Positions 1 to 8,966 are shown, counted from the first letter of the stretch. The stretch: DNA of 32,000 bases from Phycisphaera mikurensis NBRC 102666 (GCF_000284115.1 NC_017080.1:660001-692000), one strand, 5' to 3'. The notes: generated by a model from the sequence alone, not told the origin. Translations and numbers: made by a program.

Positions 1-821
1 TTGTCGCGGCGGAAGGTCTCGAGGTAGCGGCCGTGCTGGCCGCTGGCGGAGTTGCGGACCGAGGTCACCAGCCGCTGCACGTGCGGGTCGTGGGGGTACG
101 CGTCCTCGAGGGCGTCGCAAGCGGCGTCGGTCCGGCCGACGCCGCCGGAGTCCGCCCGCGAGCTGTACAGCCGGCGGAACGCGTCACGCAGGTGCAGCCG
201 GCTGTCGTCGCCGATGCCCTGCCGCTTGAGGCCCACGGAGTTGAGCCGGCGGACCTCGGCGGGGTTGCCCTCGATCGTCATGAACGGCGGCGAGTCCTTG
301 GTGACGCGGGTCATGCCGCCGACGAAGCCGTGCCCGCCGATCGTCACGAAGTGGTGGATCGCCGAGGCGCCGCCCACGGTCACGTGGTCCTCGACGAGCA
401 CGTGACCGGCCATCTGCACGCCGTTGGCGAGCACGACGTGGTTGCCGACGCGGCAGTCGTGGGCGACGTGCACGTACGCCATCAGCAGGTTGTGGTTGCC
501 GACGCGGGTCTGGCCGCGATCGTTGGCGGTGCCCTTGTGCAGGGTCACGCTCTCGCGGATCTCGTTGTGGTCGCCGATCACCAGCTCCGTGTCCTCGCCT
601 CCGAACTTCAAGTCCTGCGGATCGCCGCCGAGCACCGCGTTGGGCCAGACGGTGTTCCCCTCGCCCATCGTGGTGCGGCCGGTGACGGTGACGTGCGAGA
701 TGAGCGTGGTGCCGGCGCCCAGGCGGGCCTTGGGACCGACCCAGCAGAACGGCCCGACGCGCGCGTCTTCCGCGAGCTGGGCGCCGGGTTCGATGATGGC
801 GGTGGCGTGGATCGTGGGCAT
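1..821 (-). CDS. lpxA: acyl-ACP--UDP-N-acetylglucosamine O-acyltransferase (LpxA), C-terminus cut by window edge
   Basis: Reverse-strand translation from ATG at 819-821: MPTIHATAIIEPGAQLAEDARVGPFCWVGPKARLG...GDPQDLKFGGEDTELVIGDHNEIRE...HVAHDCRVGNHVVLANGVQMAGHV...; hexapeptide repeats and LpxA motifs. Confidence 0.93.
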   Translation of the reverse strand, partial: MPTIHATAIIEPGAQLAEDARVGPFCWVGPKARLGAGTTLISHVTVTGRTTMGEGNTVWPNAVLGGDPQDLKFGGEDTELVIGDHNEIRESVTLHKGTANDRGQTRVGNHNLLMAYVHVAHDCRVGNHVVLANGVQMAGHVLVEDHVTVGGASAIHHFVTIGGHGFVGGMTRVTKDSPPFMTIEGNPAEVRRLNSVGLKRQGIGDDSRLHLRDAFRRLYSSRADSGGVGRTDAACDALEDAYPHDPHVQRLVTSVRNSASGQHGRYLETFRRD

Positions 822-862
822 GACGGGGGCCCCGGGAGGAGCGTCTCCTTTCTCGACCGGCT

Positions 863-2176
863 TCAGCTCTGGTCGTCGTCGACCAGCATGAACTTCACTT
901 CCGCCTCGGCGGCGACCTCCTCGGCGACGTAGGCCCGGCACCGCATGTGCGCGATGCGGCTGCGGATGCGGACGGCCTCGGCCTCGAGGATGAGCTGGTC
1001 GCCGGGGGTGACGGTGCGGCGGAGCTTGACGCGGTCCAGCGAGAGCATGATCGGAAGCTTGCCCACCTGCTCGAGGCTCTGGCCGATCAGCACCCCGGAG
1101 AGCTGAGCCATCGCCTCGACGATCAGCACGCCGGGCATGATCGGCGTGCCGGGGTAGTGGCCCTGGAAGAAGGGCTCGTTGATTGTCACGTTCTTGACGC
1201 CCAACGCCCGGCGGTCGCCGTCGATCTCCAGCACGCGGTCGACCAGCAGCATCGGGTAGCGGTGGGGCATCATCCGCAGCAGCCGGCGGACGTCGGCGAC
1301 GTTCGCGGTCCGGGCGAGCTCCATCCGGCCCTGCCGCCGCCCCTGCGTCACCAGCGCCCGGGCCAGCTCGTGGTTGAGGGGGTGGCCGGAGCGGCGTGCG
1401 ATGACGCGGCCGCGGATCGGCGAGCCCACCAGGGCGAGGTCGCCGAGGAGGTCGAGGATCTTGTGGCGGACCGGCTCGTCGGCGAAGCGGAAGGCGTTGC
1501 CGCCCAGCGGCCCGTCCTCGCCGATGACCAGCACCTCGGAGGGCGAGAGGTGGGCGAACAGGCCCTGGGCGAGGGCGGCCTTCGCCTCCGCCTCGAGGCT
1601 GAAGGTGCGCGAGGGGGCGATCTGATCGCGGTAGTCGTCGCCGTGCGTGCGGAACTGCTGCAGCTGCCGGCCGATCAGCGCGTTCTGCGGGCTGTAGTCC
1701 AGCTGGTAGGTGAGGTCCAGCCCGGGGTCGTGCGACGGCAGCGCCACCAGCTCGGCCTCGTCCTGCACGATGGTCACCGGCTCTTCGACCACCAGGTAGC
1801 GGCGGGCGGCCGCCTGCTCCCGCACGCCCGCCGAGGCGATGGCCTCGTAGAAAGGCAGCGCCGAGCCGTCGACGCCCGGCACCTCGGCCGCGTCGAGGTC
1901 GATGATCAGGTTGTCGATGGACCAGCCGGCGACGGCGGAGAGCACGTGCTCGCAGGTCTCGATCACCGCCTCGCCGAGCTTGAGCGCCGTCCGCCGCGAG
2001 CGCTTCACGACGTGATCCACCAGCGCCGGGACCGTCGCGTTCCCCAGGTCGGTGCGGCGGAAGACGATCCCGTGGTTCTCGGGGGCCGGGCGGAAGGTGA
2101 GCTCGGCGTCCTTGCCGTGGAACAGCCCCTTCCCGGCGATGCCGACCGGTTCTGCGATGGTCTTCTGTGTCTCCAT
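863..2176 (-). CDS. lpxC-fabZ: bifunctional UDP-3-O-acyl-N-acetylglucosamine deacetylase / 3-hydroxyacyl-ACP dehydratase (LpxC-FabZ fusion)
   Basis: METQKTIAEPVGIAGKGLFHGKDAELTFRPAPENHGIVFRR... (LpxC) followed in frame by LLRMMPHRYPMLLVDRVLEIDGDRRALGVKNVTINEPFFQGHYPGTPIMPGVLIVEAMAQ (FabZ). Confidence 0.93.
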   Translation of the reverse strand: METQKTIAEPVGIAGKGLFHGKDAELTFRPAPENHGIVFRRTDLGNATVPALVDHVVKRSRRTALKLGEAVIETCEHVLSAVAGWSIDNLIIDLDAAEVPGVDGSALPFYEAIASAGVREQAAARRYLVVEEPVTIVQDEAELVALPSHDPGLDLTYQLDYSPQNALIGRQLQQFRTHGDDYRDQIAPSRTFSLEAEAKAALAQGLFAHLSPSEVLVIGEDGPLGGNAFRFADEPVRHKILDLLGDLALVGSPIRGRVIARRSGHPLNHELARALVTQGRRQGRMELARTANVADVRRLLRMMPHRYPMLLVDRVLEIDGDRRALGVKNVTINEPFFQGHYPGTPIMPGVLIVEAMAQLSGVLIGQSLEQVGKLPIMLSLDRVKLRRTVTPGDQLILEAEAVRIRSRIAHMRCRAYVAEEVAAEAEVKFMLVDDDQS

Positions 2177-2264
2177 GGCGCCCGCGGGAGCGGGTCGGGA
2201 TCCTAGAGGATCGCGGTGCGGCTTGTGGCCCCCGAGCACGCCGCAAGCGAGGGCCCGACGCGAC

Positions 2265-2310
2265 CCGCGGACCGCCCGCCGCAGAACCGCGCGGACGCGA
2301 CGGTCCGCGG
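2265..2310. repeat. 46-bp dispersed inverted-repeat element, copy 1 (CCGCGGACCG-N26-CGGTCCGCGG)
   Basis: Arms 2265-2274 and 2301-2310, perfect 10-bp inverted repeat, 26-bp spacer; lpxC-fabZ / glnA divergent intergenic region. Confidence 0.85.
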
Positions 2311-2411
2311 ATCCGTGGCGGTTCTCGGGCAGGAGGCGGACCGCCCGCCCGCCCACCCCTCCGCCGAGCGGCCGCGCCCGGGCTCCCCCGGCATCGCGAT
2401 ACGCTGGAAGC

Positions 2412-3824
2412 ATGACCGCGGACGAAATCGCCGGGCACATGAAGACCGGCGAGTTCGAGTTCCTCGACTGCCGCTTCCTCGACTTCCCGGGCCTCTGGCA
2501 GAACTGCACCTACACCGCCAGCGAGGTCGACGCCGACCGCCTCGCCGGCGGCTTCGGCTTCGACGGCAGCGCGATCCGCGGCTGGCAGGCGATCAACGAG
2601 TCGGACATGCTCCTGGTGCCCGACTGCGACACCGCCCGACGCGACCCCTTCGCCGAGCGGGCGACGCTCGCGGTGATCTGCGACGTCCGCGACCCGGTGA
2701 CCAAGAAGACGTACGGCCGCGACCCCCGGGCCGTCGCGAAGAAGGCGCAGAAGCACCTGGAAGCCACCGGGATCGCCGACACCGCGCACTTCGGGCCCGA
2801 GCTGGAGTTCTTCCTCTTCGACCGCGTCCGCTTCGACCAGACGACCAACGCCGCCTGGTACGAGGTGGACTCGGCCGAGGGCGTGTGGAACCGCGGCAGC
2901 GACCACCCCGGCAACCGCGGCCACCAGATCCCGATCCGCCAGGGCTACTTCCCCTGCCCGCCGGTCGACACGATGCACGACCTGCGCGGCGAGATGGCGG
3001 CGACGATGCAGAGCCTGGGCATCCGCGTGGAGTGCCACCACCACGAGGTCGCCACCGGCGGGCAGCAGGAGATCGACCTCCGCTTCGACGCGCTCCTGCC
3101 GATGGCCGACAAGTGCATGTTCTACAAGCACGTGGTCAAGCGGGTGGCCGCCAACCACGGGCGCGTCGCCACGTTCATGGCCAAGCCGCTGCTCGGCGAC
3201 AACGGCAGCGGGATGCACACGCACTTCTCGCTGTGGAAGGACGACGAACCGGTCTTCGCCGGCCGCCGCTACGCCGGGCTCTCGCAGCTGGGGCTCTGGG
3301 CGATCGGCGGCATCCTCCGCCACACGCCGTCGCTGCTGGCCTTCTGCGCCCCCGGCACCAACAGCTACAAGCGGCTCGTGCCCGGCTTCGAGGCGCCCGT
3401 CTCGCTGGTCTACTCCTCGCGGAACCGCTCCGCCGCGATCCGCATCCCGCGCTACGACGACCGGCCGGGCTCCAAGCGCCTGGAGTTCCGTTGCCCCGAC
3501 CCCAGCGCCAACCCGTACCTCGCCTTCTCCGCGATCCTGATGGCGGCGCTGGACGGCATCCAGAACGAGATCGACCCCGGCGACCCGGTCGACCTGGACC
3601 TCTACGACCTCGAGCCCGAACGATTCGCGGCCATCCCCCGCACGCCGGCCACGCTCGACGAGGCCCTCTCCGCCCTCGACGCCGACCGCGGCTACCTGCT
3701 CGCCGGCGACGTGTTCCCCGCCGACCTGATCGACGGCTGGATCGCGTACAAGCGGCAGCACGAGGTCGATGCGCTGCGGGCCCGCCCGCACCCGCACGAG
3801 TTCGAGATGTACTTCCACAGCTAG
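2412..3824 (+). CDS. glnA: glutamine synthetase family protein
   Basis: MTADEIAGHMKTGEFEFLDCRFLDFPGLWQNCTY...GFDGSAIRGWQAINESDMLLVPD...GPELEFFLFD...CHHHEVATGGQQEID...LLGDNGSGMHTHFSLWK...PGTNSYKRLVPGFEAPV...NRSAAIRIP. Confidence 0.95.
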   Translation: MTADEIAGHMKTGEFEFLDCRFLDFPGLWQNCTYTASEVDADRLAGGFGFDGSAIRGWQAINESDMLLVPDCDTARRDPFAERATLAVICDVRDPVTKKTYGRDPRAVAKKAQKHLEATGIADTAHFGPELEFFLFDRVRFDQTTNAAWYEVDSAEGVWNRGSDHPGNRGHQIPIRQGYFPCPPVDTMHDLRGEMAATMQSLGIRVECHHHEVATGGQQEIDLRFDALLPMADKCMFYKHVVKRVAANHGRVATFMAKPLLGDNGSGMHTHFSLWKDDEPVFAGRRYAGLSQLGLWAIGGILRHTPSLLAFCAPGTNSYKRLVPGFEAPVSLVYSSRNRSAAIRIPRYDDRPGSKRLEFRCPDPSANPYLAFSAILMAALDGIQNEIDPGDPVDLDLYDLEPERFAAIPRTPATLDEALSALDADRGYLLAGDVFPADLIDGWIAYKRQHEVDALRARPHPHEFEMYFHS

Positions 3825-3839
3825 GGGATTCCATCCCGC

Positions 3840-3863
3840 GGGCGCGGCGTCGCGGCCGCGCCC
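3840..3863. terminator. candidate stem-loop between convergent glnA and rpsO
   Basis: GGGCGCGGC-gtcgcg-GCCGCGCCC, perfect 9-bp stem and 6-nt loop, 16 bp after the glnA stop; no T-tract. Confidence 0.45.
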
Positions 3864-3868
3864 CCGCG

Positions 3869-4138
3869 TCAGCGGCGCAGCCCCAGCTTGGTGATGAGGG
3901 CCTGGTAGCCGGGGCGGTCCTTGCGCTGCAGGTAGGTCAGCAGCCGGCGGCGGCGGGAGACCATCTGGAGCAGGCCGCGCTGGCTGGAGAAGTCGTGGCG
4001 GTGCTGCTTGAGGTGCTCGGTCAGCGACTTGATGCGCTCGGTGAGGATCGAGATCTGGACCTCCGGGCTGCCGGAGTCGTTCGCCGATCGCTGGCTGTCC
4101 GCGATCACTTCCTTCTTGCGGGCCGTCGTGATGCTCAT
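3869..4138 (-). CDS. rpsO: 30S ribosomal protein S15
   Basis: MSITTARKKEVIADSQRSANDSGSPEVQISILTERIKSLTEHLKQHRHDFSSQRGLLQMVSRRRRLLTYLQRKDRPGYQALITKLGLRR; 89 aa. Confidence 0.97.
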   Translation of the reverse strand: MSITTARKKEVIADSQRSANDSGSPEVQISILTERIKSLTEHLKQHRHDFSSQRGLLQMVSRRRRLLTYLQRKDRPGYQALITKLGLRR

Positions 4139-4328
4139 GGGGTTCGCCTTTCCAGCGAGGTGTCGCCGCGGGGGACAGCCGGAAACGCTCCAGCCGGTCG
4201 CCCCGGGCCGCCGCGCAGTGTAACGGAGGGACGGACGGACGCTTCCAGGGGCCCGCTGCCCCCGACGAAGCGAAGAGACGGAGGCGAGGAAGCGCTCCGC
4301 CCACGCCCGGCTCGGTCGGCCGGTGGCG

Positions 4329-4378
4329 CAGACGACCGCGTTCTCGGCGGCCACGCCGCGGCTCTGGCCGGTCGTCTG
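4329..4378. other. inverted repeat in rpsO-upstream region
   Basis: CAGACGACC (4329-4337) / GGTCGTCTG (4370-4378), perfect 9-bp arms around 32 bp that contain GGCG-gcca-CGCC. Confidence 0.5.
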
Positions 4379-4418
4379 GGTCGCGCGGTGGCGGCTGCGC
4401 CGGCGTGGAAGCGCAAGC

Positions 4419-4453
4419 GGCGAGGCGGAGCGGCCCAGCCGCTCCGCCTCGCC
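4419..4453. terminator. strong GC hairpin downstream of the 4482-5054 gene
   Basis: GGCGAGGCGGAGCGG-cccag-CCGCTCCGCCTCGCC, perfect 15-bp stem and 5-nt loop, about 28 bp past the minus-strand stop; no obvious T-tract. Confidence 0.5.
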
Positions 4454-4481
4454 TCGCCTCACCCCGCTCGGCGCGACGCTC

Positions 4482-5054
4482 TTAGGCCTTCCGCCAGCCG
4501 CCGCCCGCGCCGCGGCGGCCGTTGGACACGGCGTTGCCCTCGCGCTTGAGCTTCAGGAGCGCCGAGGTGGGGTCGAATCCGACCTTCTCGGTGATGTCGC
4601 TCTTGGGGACGAACGCGGCGCTGGCACGCGGCAGCGCCTTCAGCACGGCGGCGGTCTCTTCGGCAAGGGTTTCGGAGCTCTTGCGGTTGCGGCGGCCGTC
4701 CGTCTTCTGTGCGGCCGCGGAGGAGCGGGTCTCGCCCTTGGGCTTGAGCTTCACCGGGACACGCAAGCCGTTGGTGACGACGACGAGGGCCTCGGCCACC
4801 AGCCGCAGGTTCTCCTTCTTCTGGCTGGCGTTGCTCACCGAGAGGTTGCGGAGGCTTTCATCGAGCACCTCGCTCGCCGCCTTGTAGGCCGGGTCGTCTT
4901 CCCCGAGGCTTTCGCGGACGCTCTGGCGGCGGCGTTCGATGGCAACGCGTTGCTCTTCGGTGGCGTTGGCGCCCGGAGAGGGCTGCGCGACGAAGTCTTC
5001 GACGAGGGGGGTGAGGGCGGCGCGGATCTTATCGGATAGCTGTTCTTTTGTCAT
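4482..5054 (-). CDS. hypothetical protein (190 aa)
   Basis: MTKEQLSDKIRAALTPLVEDFVAQPSPGANATEEQRVAIERRRQ...VPVKLKPKGETRSSAAAQKTDGRRNRK...FDPTSALLKLKREGNAVSNGRRGAGGGWRKA; coherent low-complexity-linker protein, family not recognised. Confidence 0.7.
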   Translation of the reverse strand: MTKEQLSDKIRAALTPLVEDFVAQPSPGANATEEQRVAIERRRQSVRESLGEDDPAYKAASEVLDESLRNLSVSNASQKKENLRLVAEALVVVTNGLRVPVKLKPKGETRSSAAAQKTDGRRNRKSSETLAEETAAVLKALPRASAAFVPKSDITEKVGFDPTSALLKLKREGNAVSNGRRGAGGGWRKA

Positions 5055-5240
5055 CTGAGGGTTGGCGGAGCCGTTGGCGTCATGAAGCGGCGAATGTCGC
5101 ATCTCCGAACGATAGGAAAGCGATGGGATCGCCCGGATTCCCGCGGCACGATAGCGCTTCGTCGGGCGTTGTGCAAACGGCGTACGCGATGCGCGGCGCG
5201 GCCGCGGCGGGCGAGCGGTCGCTGCGCGTAGGGTTGGAGC

Positions 5241-6626
5241 ATGACCGCGAATCCCGCGCCCGCCGCTCCGCCCGCCGAACGCTACGCCCGCTCCGCGGCA
5301 TCGCACGCCGAGGCGAAACGCTACATGCCCGGCGGGGTGAACTCGCCGGTCCGCGCCTACCGCGCCGTCGGGCGCGAGCCCGTGACGATCCGCAGCGGGG
5401 CCGGGGCTTGGGTCACCGACGTCGACGGCAACCGCTATGTGGACTACGTCGGCAGCTACGGTCCGCTGATCCTCGGCCACGCGGCGCCGCAAGTGCTTGC
5501 CGCCGTGGGCGAAGCGATGCGCAACGGGACCACCTTCGGGATGCCCACCGAGGCGGAGACGCGGCTGGCCCGAACCGTGGTGGACGCGGTGCCCGGCGTC
5601 GACGTCGTGCGTTTCGTGAACTCCGGCACCGAAGCCGCGATGTCGGCGTTGCGCCTGGCGCGGGCGGCGACGGGCGGGCACCGCGTGATCAAGTGCATCG
5701 GCTGCTACCACGGCCACACCGATGCGATGCTGGTCTCCGCGGGCTCGGCGGCGACCTCGCTGGGTGTGCCCAGCAGCCCGGGCGTGCCCGCGGCGGTGGC
5801 GGCGTCCACGCTGCTCGTGCCCTTCAACGACCTGGACGCGGTGGAGCGGGCCATGGCCACCCACCGCGGCGAGATCGCGTGCATGGCCGTCGAGCCGATC
5901 GCGGGAAACATGGGGCTGGTCCCGCCGGCGCCGGGGTACCTGCAGGGGCTCCGCGCCCTGTGCGACCGCTTCGGCGTCCCGCTGCTCTTCGATGAGGTGA
6001 TGACCGGCTTCCGCGTCGATCACGGCTGCGCCCAGGGGCTGTACGGCGTCACGCCCGACCTCACGTGCCTGGGCAAGGTGGTCGGCGGCGGCCTGCCGTG
6101 CGCGGCCTACGGCGGCCGGGAGGAGCTGATGCGCCAGGTCGCGCCCGACGGGCCGGTCTACCAGGCCGGAACGCTCTCGGGCAACCCCCTGGCGATGGCG
6201 GCGGGGCAGGCGCAGCTCGACGCGCTCGCCGCGGACGGCTTCGCCGCGTACCGCCGGCTCGAGGCGGCGTCGGCACGCCTCGAAGAAGGCCTCCGCGGCC
6301 TCGCCGCCGACGCCGGCTGCCCGCTCACGACCACCCGCGTCGGCTCGATGCTCGGCGTCTTCTTCGTCGAGGAGGACGGCAGCCCCGTCCGCGACTACGC
6401 CGACGCCACGGCGCAGTCGACGCGGCGGTACGCCGCCTTCTTCGGCGCCATGCTCGACGCCGGCGTCATCCTCGCCCCCGCCGCCTTCGAGTGCTGGTTC
6501 GTCTCGACGGCGCACGACGACGAAGCCATCGAGCACACGCTCGCCGCCGCCGGGCCGGCCTTCGCGGCCGCGGCGGCGACGCCGTTCCGCTCGGCGGAGG
6601 TCCGCTCGCCGGAGGCGGACGCGTAG
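5241..6626 (+). CDS. hemL: glutamate-1-semialdehyde 2,1-aminomutase
   Basis: AEAKRYMPGGVNSPVRAYRAVGREPVTIRSGAGAWVTDVDGNRYVDYVGSYGPLILGH...FVNSGTEAAMSALRLARAATGG...KCIGCYHGH...LFDEVMTGFR...LGKVVGGGLP. Confidence 0.96.
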   Translation: MTANPAPAAPPAERYARSAASHAEAKRYMPGGVNSPVRAYRAVGREPVTIRSGAGAWVTDVDGNRYVDYVGSYGPLILGHAAPQVLAAVGEAMRNGTTFGMPTEAETRLARTVVDAVPGVDVVRFVNSGTEAAMSALRLARAATGGHRVIKCIGCYHGHTDAMLVSAGSAATSLGVPSSPGVPAAVAASTLLVPFNDLDAVERAMATHRGEIACMAVEPIAGNMGLVPPAPGYLQGLRALCDRFGVPLLFDEVMTGFRVDHGCAQGLYGVTPDLTCLGKVVGGGLPCAAYGGREELMRQVAPDGPVYQAGTLSGNPLAMAAGQAQLDALAADGFAAYRRLEAASARLEEGLRGLAADAGCPLTTTRVGSMLGVFFVEEDGSPVRDYADATAQSTRRYAAFFGAMLDAGVILAPAAFECWFVSTAHDDEAIEHTLAAAGPAFAAAAATPFRSAEVRSPEADA

Positions 6627-6646
6627 CGACTTACGCTCCCCGCCCC

Positions 6647-8305
6647 ATGCCGGAAGCCTCCCCCAAGAAGACGATCCTCGCCGCCGACAAGCTCGCCCCC
6701 GAGGGGTTGGATTGGATCCGCAGCCAGCCCGACGCGGAGCTGCTCGAGAAGCCGGGGCTGTCCGAGGCGGAGTACGCGGCGATCCTCAGAGGCGGCGGCG
6801 TGCACGCGATGATCGTGCGCTCGGCCATCACGGTGTCCGCCGGGGTGCTCGCGGATCCAGGGGACCTGGCCGTGATCGCGCGGGCCGGCGTGGGCGTCGA
6901 CAACATCGACATCCCCGCCGCGACGGCCAGGGGCATCCTCGTCGTCAACACCGCGGAGGCCTCGACCATCACCACCGCCGAGCACGCCTTCACGCTGCTC
7001 GCGTCGCTGCTGCGGAACATCGCTCCGGCGGCGGCTTCCATGCGGGAGGGCCAGTGGGACCGCTCCAAGTTCCAGGGCCGCCAGCTGCACGGCATGACGC
7101 TGGGCGTCGTCGGCCTGGGCCGCATCGGCCGGACGGTGGCCGAGCGGGCGCTGGCCTTCGGCATGAAGGTCGTCGGGCACGACCCCTTCGTGCACGCGGA
7201 CCTGCAGATCGACGGCCACACCGTGCGGACCTTCCGCAGCTTCGCGGAGCTGGCGCCGCACGCGGACGCCGTCACCTTCCACGTGCCCAAGACCGCGGAA
7301 ACCACCGGCATGCTCGACGAAGCGTCGTTCGCGCTCTGCCGCGACGGCGTCTTCGTGGTCAACGCCTCCCGCGGCGGCATCGTCGACGAGCAAGCCCTGG
7401 TGGCGGCGCTGGGCAGCGGCAAGTGCGGCGGGGCCGCGTTGGACGTCTACACCAGCGAGCCTCCGCCGGCCGACAGCCCGCTGCGATCGGCTCCGCGCCT
7501 GCTGCTCACGCCCCACCTGGGCGCGAGCACGCAGGAGGCGCAGACCGCGGTCTCGGTCGAGGCGGCCAAGGCGTGCATGGCCTACCTGCGGGGGGAGGGG
7601 ATCTCCGGTGCGGTCAACGCGGGCGGCGTCCGCGTCGACCTGTCGCCGCGGCAGCGGGCCTTCGTCGAGCTGGCGGGGAAGATGGCGACGCTGCTGTCGC
7701 CGATGATCACCCGCGGCATCGCCGGCGTGGAGGTGGCGCTCGACGGCGACGACCTCGCGCCCGCCGCGGGCACCGTCGAGCGGACCGTGCTCGTCGGCCT
7801 GCTCCAGCGTCACCTCGCCTCGGCGCTGAACGTCATCAACGTCGCCGACGTGGCGGAGAAGCGCGGCATCCGGGTCACCACCCGCAGCTCCGGCGGCGAC
7901 CCCGGCGGCGGCAAGCTCACGCTGACCGTGCACGGCCCCGCCGATGCGGTCGACGCGAGCACCGAGGCGGCCGACCGCAGCCGCCGGATCGTCGGCCGCG
8001 TGTACGCCGACGGCGCCCCGCGCGTCGTGGAGGTCAACGGCTACGCGATGGACATGGTGCCCGCCGGCGCGATGGTGCTGATCCAGAACGAGGACAAGCC
8101 GGGGATCATCGGCGCCGTCGGCACGGCCTTCGGATCGGCCGGCGTGAACATCGCCGACATGACCATCTCCCGGCGGTCCCGCGAGGGTGAGCACGTGGCG
8201 ACGGCGCTCATGCTCCTCAAGCTCGACGCCGCCGCGCCGGCGGGATTGCTCGCGGACCTGGAGGCCCTGCCGGCGGTGCGGAAGGTCGCCGCGGTGCAGG
8301 TCTAG
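6647..8305 (+). CDS. serA: phosphoglycerate dehydrogenase
   Basis: ILAADKLAPEGLDWI...ARAGVGVDNIDIPAATARGILVVNTAEAST...GLGRIGRTVAERA...NASRGGIVDEQAL...C-terminal ACT-like domain IQNEDKPGIIGAVGTAFGSAGVNIADMTISR. Confidence 0.94.
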   Translation: MPEASPKKTILAADKLAPEGLDWIRSQPDAELLEKPGLSEAEYAAILRGGGVHAMIVRSAITVSAGVLADPGDLAVIARAGVGVDNIDIPAATARGILVVNTAEASTITTAEHAFTLLASLLRNIAPAAASMREGQWDRSKFQGRQLHGMTLGVVGLGRIGRTVAERALAFGMKVVGHDPFVHADLQIDGHTVRTFRSFAELAPHADAVTFHVPKTAETTGMLDEASFALCRDGVFVVNASRGGIVDEQALVAALGSGKCGGAALDVYTSEPPPADSPLRSAPRLLLTPHLGASTQEAQTAVSVEAAKACMAYLRGEGISGAVNAGGVRVDLSPRQRAFVELAGKMATLLSPMITRGIAGVEVALDGDDLAPAAGTVERTVLVGLLQRHLASALNVINVADVAEKRGIRVTTRSSGGDPGGGKLTLTVHGPADAVDASTEAADRSRRIVGRVYADGAPRVVEVNGYAMDMVPAGAMVLIQNEDKPGIIGAVGTAFGSAGVNIADMTISRRSREGEHVATALMLLKLDAAAPAGLLADLEALPAVRKVAAVQV

Positions 8306-8966
8306 ACGGCGCCGCATCGGCCCGGGCGCGCGACCGGGCGGGCGTGTCGAGCGAGCGCCAGAGCAGCCACGCCGCGAGCGTGCGGTGCGGACGCCACCGC
8401 TCGCCGATGGCGGCGGTCTCCCGGGCCGTTGGCCGCTGGGCCAGGCCGAGCACGCGGCCGGTGGCGATGCGGATCGCGAGGTCGTCCACCGGCCAGACGT
8501 CCGGTCGGGCGGCCCCGAAGATCAGCCACATCTGCGCGGTCCAGCGGCCGACCCCGCGGACCGCGGTGAGCGCGGCGACCGCCTCGTCGTCTCCCATGCG
8601 GTTGAGCTTCCGCGCGTCCAGCCGGCCCCCGGCGAAGTGCTCCGCGAGGTCGACCAGGTACGACTTCTTCTGGCGCGACAGCCCGCAGAAGCGGAGCGTG
8701 TCGTCGTCGAGGCTCCCGTCGCGGCACGCCGCGAGGACGCTCGCGGGCGTCGCCCGGCCGGCGTGCGCCTCGAAGCGCGCGAACAGCGTCGCCGCCCCCT
8801 TGGCCGAGAGTTGCTGCGCGAAGACGGCGCGGGCCAGCCGGCGGAACACGCCCCGCTCCGGGGCGAAGGGGCACGGCGGCGCGCTCGCGATCAGCGGGCC
8901 CAGGTGCGGGTCTGTGCGGAGGGCCCGGGTGCCGGCGTCCCACCGGGAGGAGGCGGGTTCGGGCAT
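8217..8966 (-). CDS. DNA-3-methyladenine glycosylase II-like protein (HhH-GPD superfamily)
   Basis: FRRLARAVFAQQLSAKGAATLFARFEA...ALTAVRGVGRWTAQMWLIFGAARPDVWPVDDLAIRIATGRV; helix-hairpin-helix followed by catalytic Asp. The 3' end overlaps serA antisense. Confidence 0.85.
   Translation of the reverse strand: MPEPASSRWDAGTRALRTDPHLGPLIASAPPCPFAPERGVFRRLARAVFAQQLSAKGAATLFARFEAHAGRATPASVLAACRDGSLDDDTLRFCGLSRQKKSYLVDLAEHFAGGRLDARKLNRMGDDEAVAALTAVRGVGRWTAQMWLIFGAARPDVWPVDDLAIRIATGRVLGLAQRPTARETAAIGERWRPHRTLAAWLLWRSLDTPARSRARADAAPSRPAPRRPSAPPAGPPGPRAIPPARRRRA

Noticed and set aside
2216-4549. 777-aa plus-strand ORF across glnA and rpsO
   Set aside because: Out-of-frame Arg/Pro-rich read-through of coding DNA; glnA and rpsO explain the region.
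8554-8563. Single CCGCGGACCG arm in the HhH-GPD gene
   Set aside because: No partner CGGTCCGCGG at 26-27 bp spacing; in coding sequence, so probably chance in high-GC DNA.
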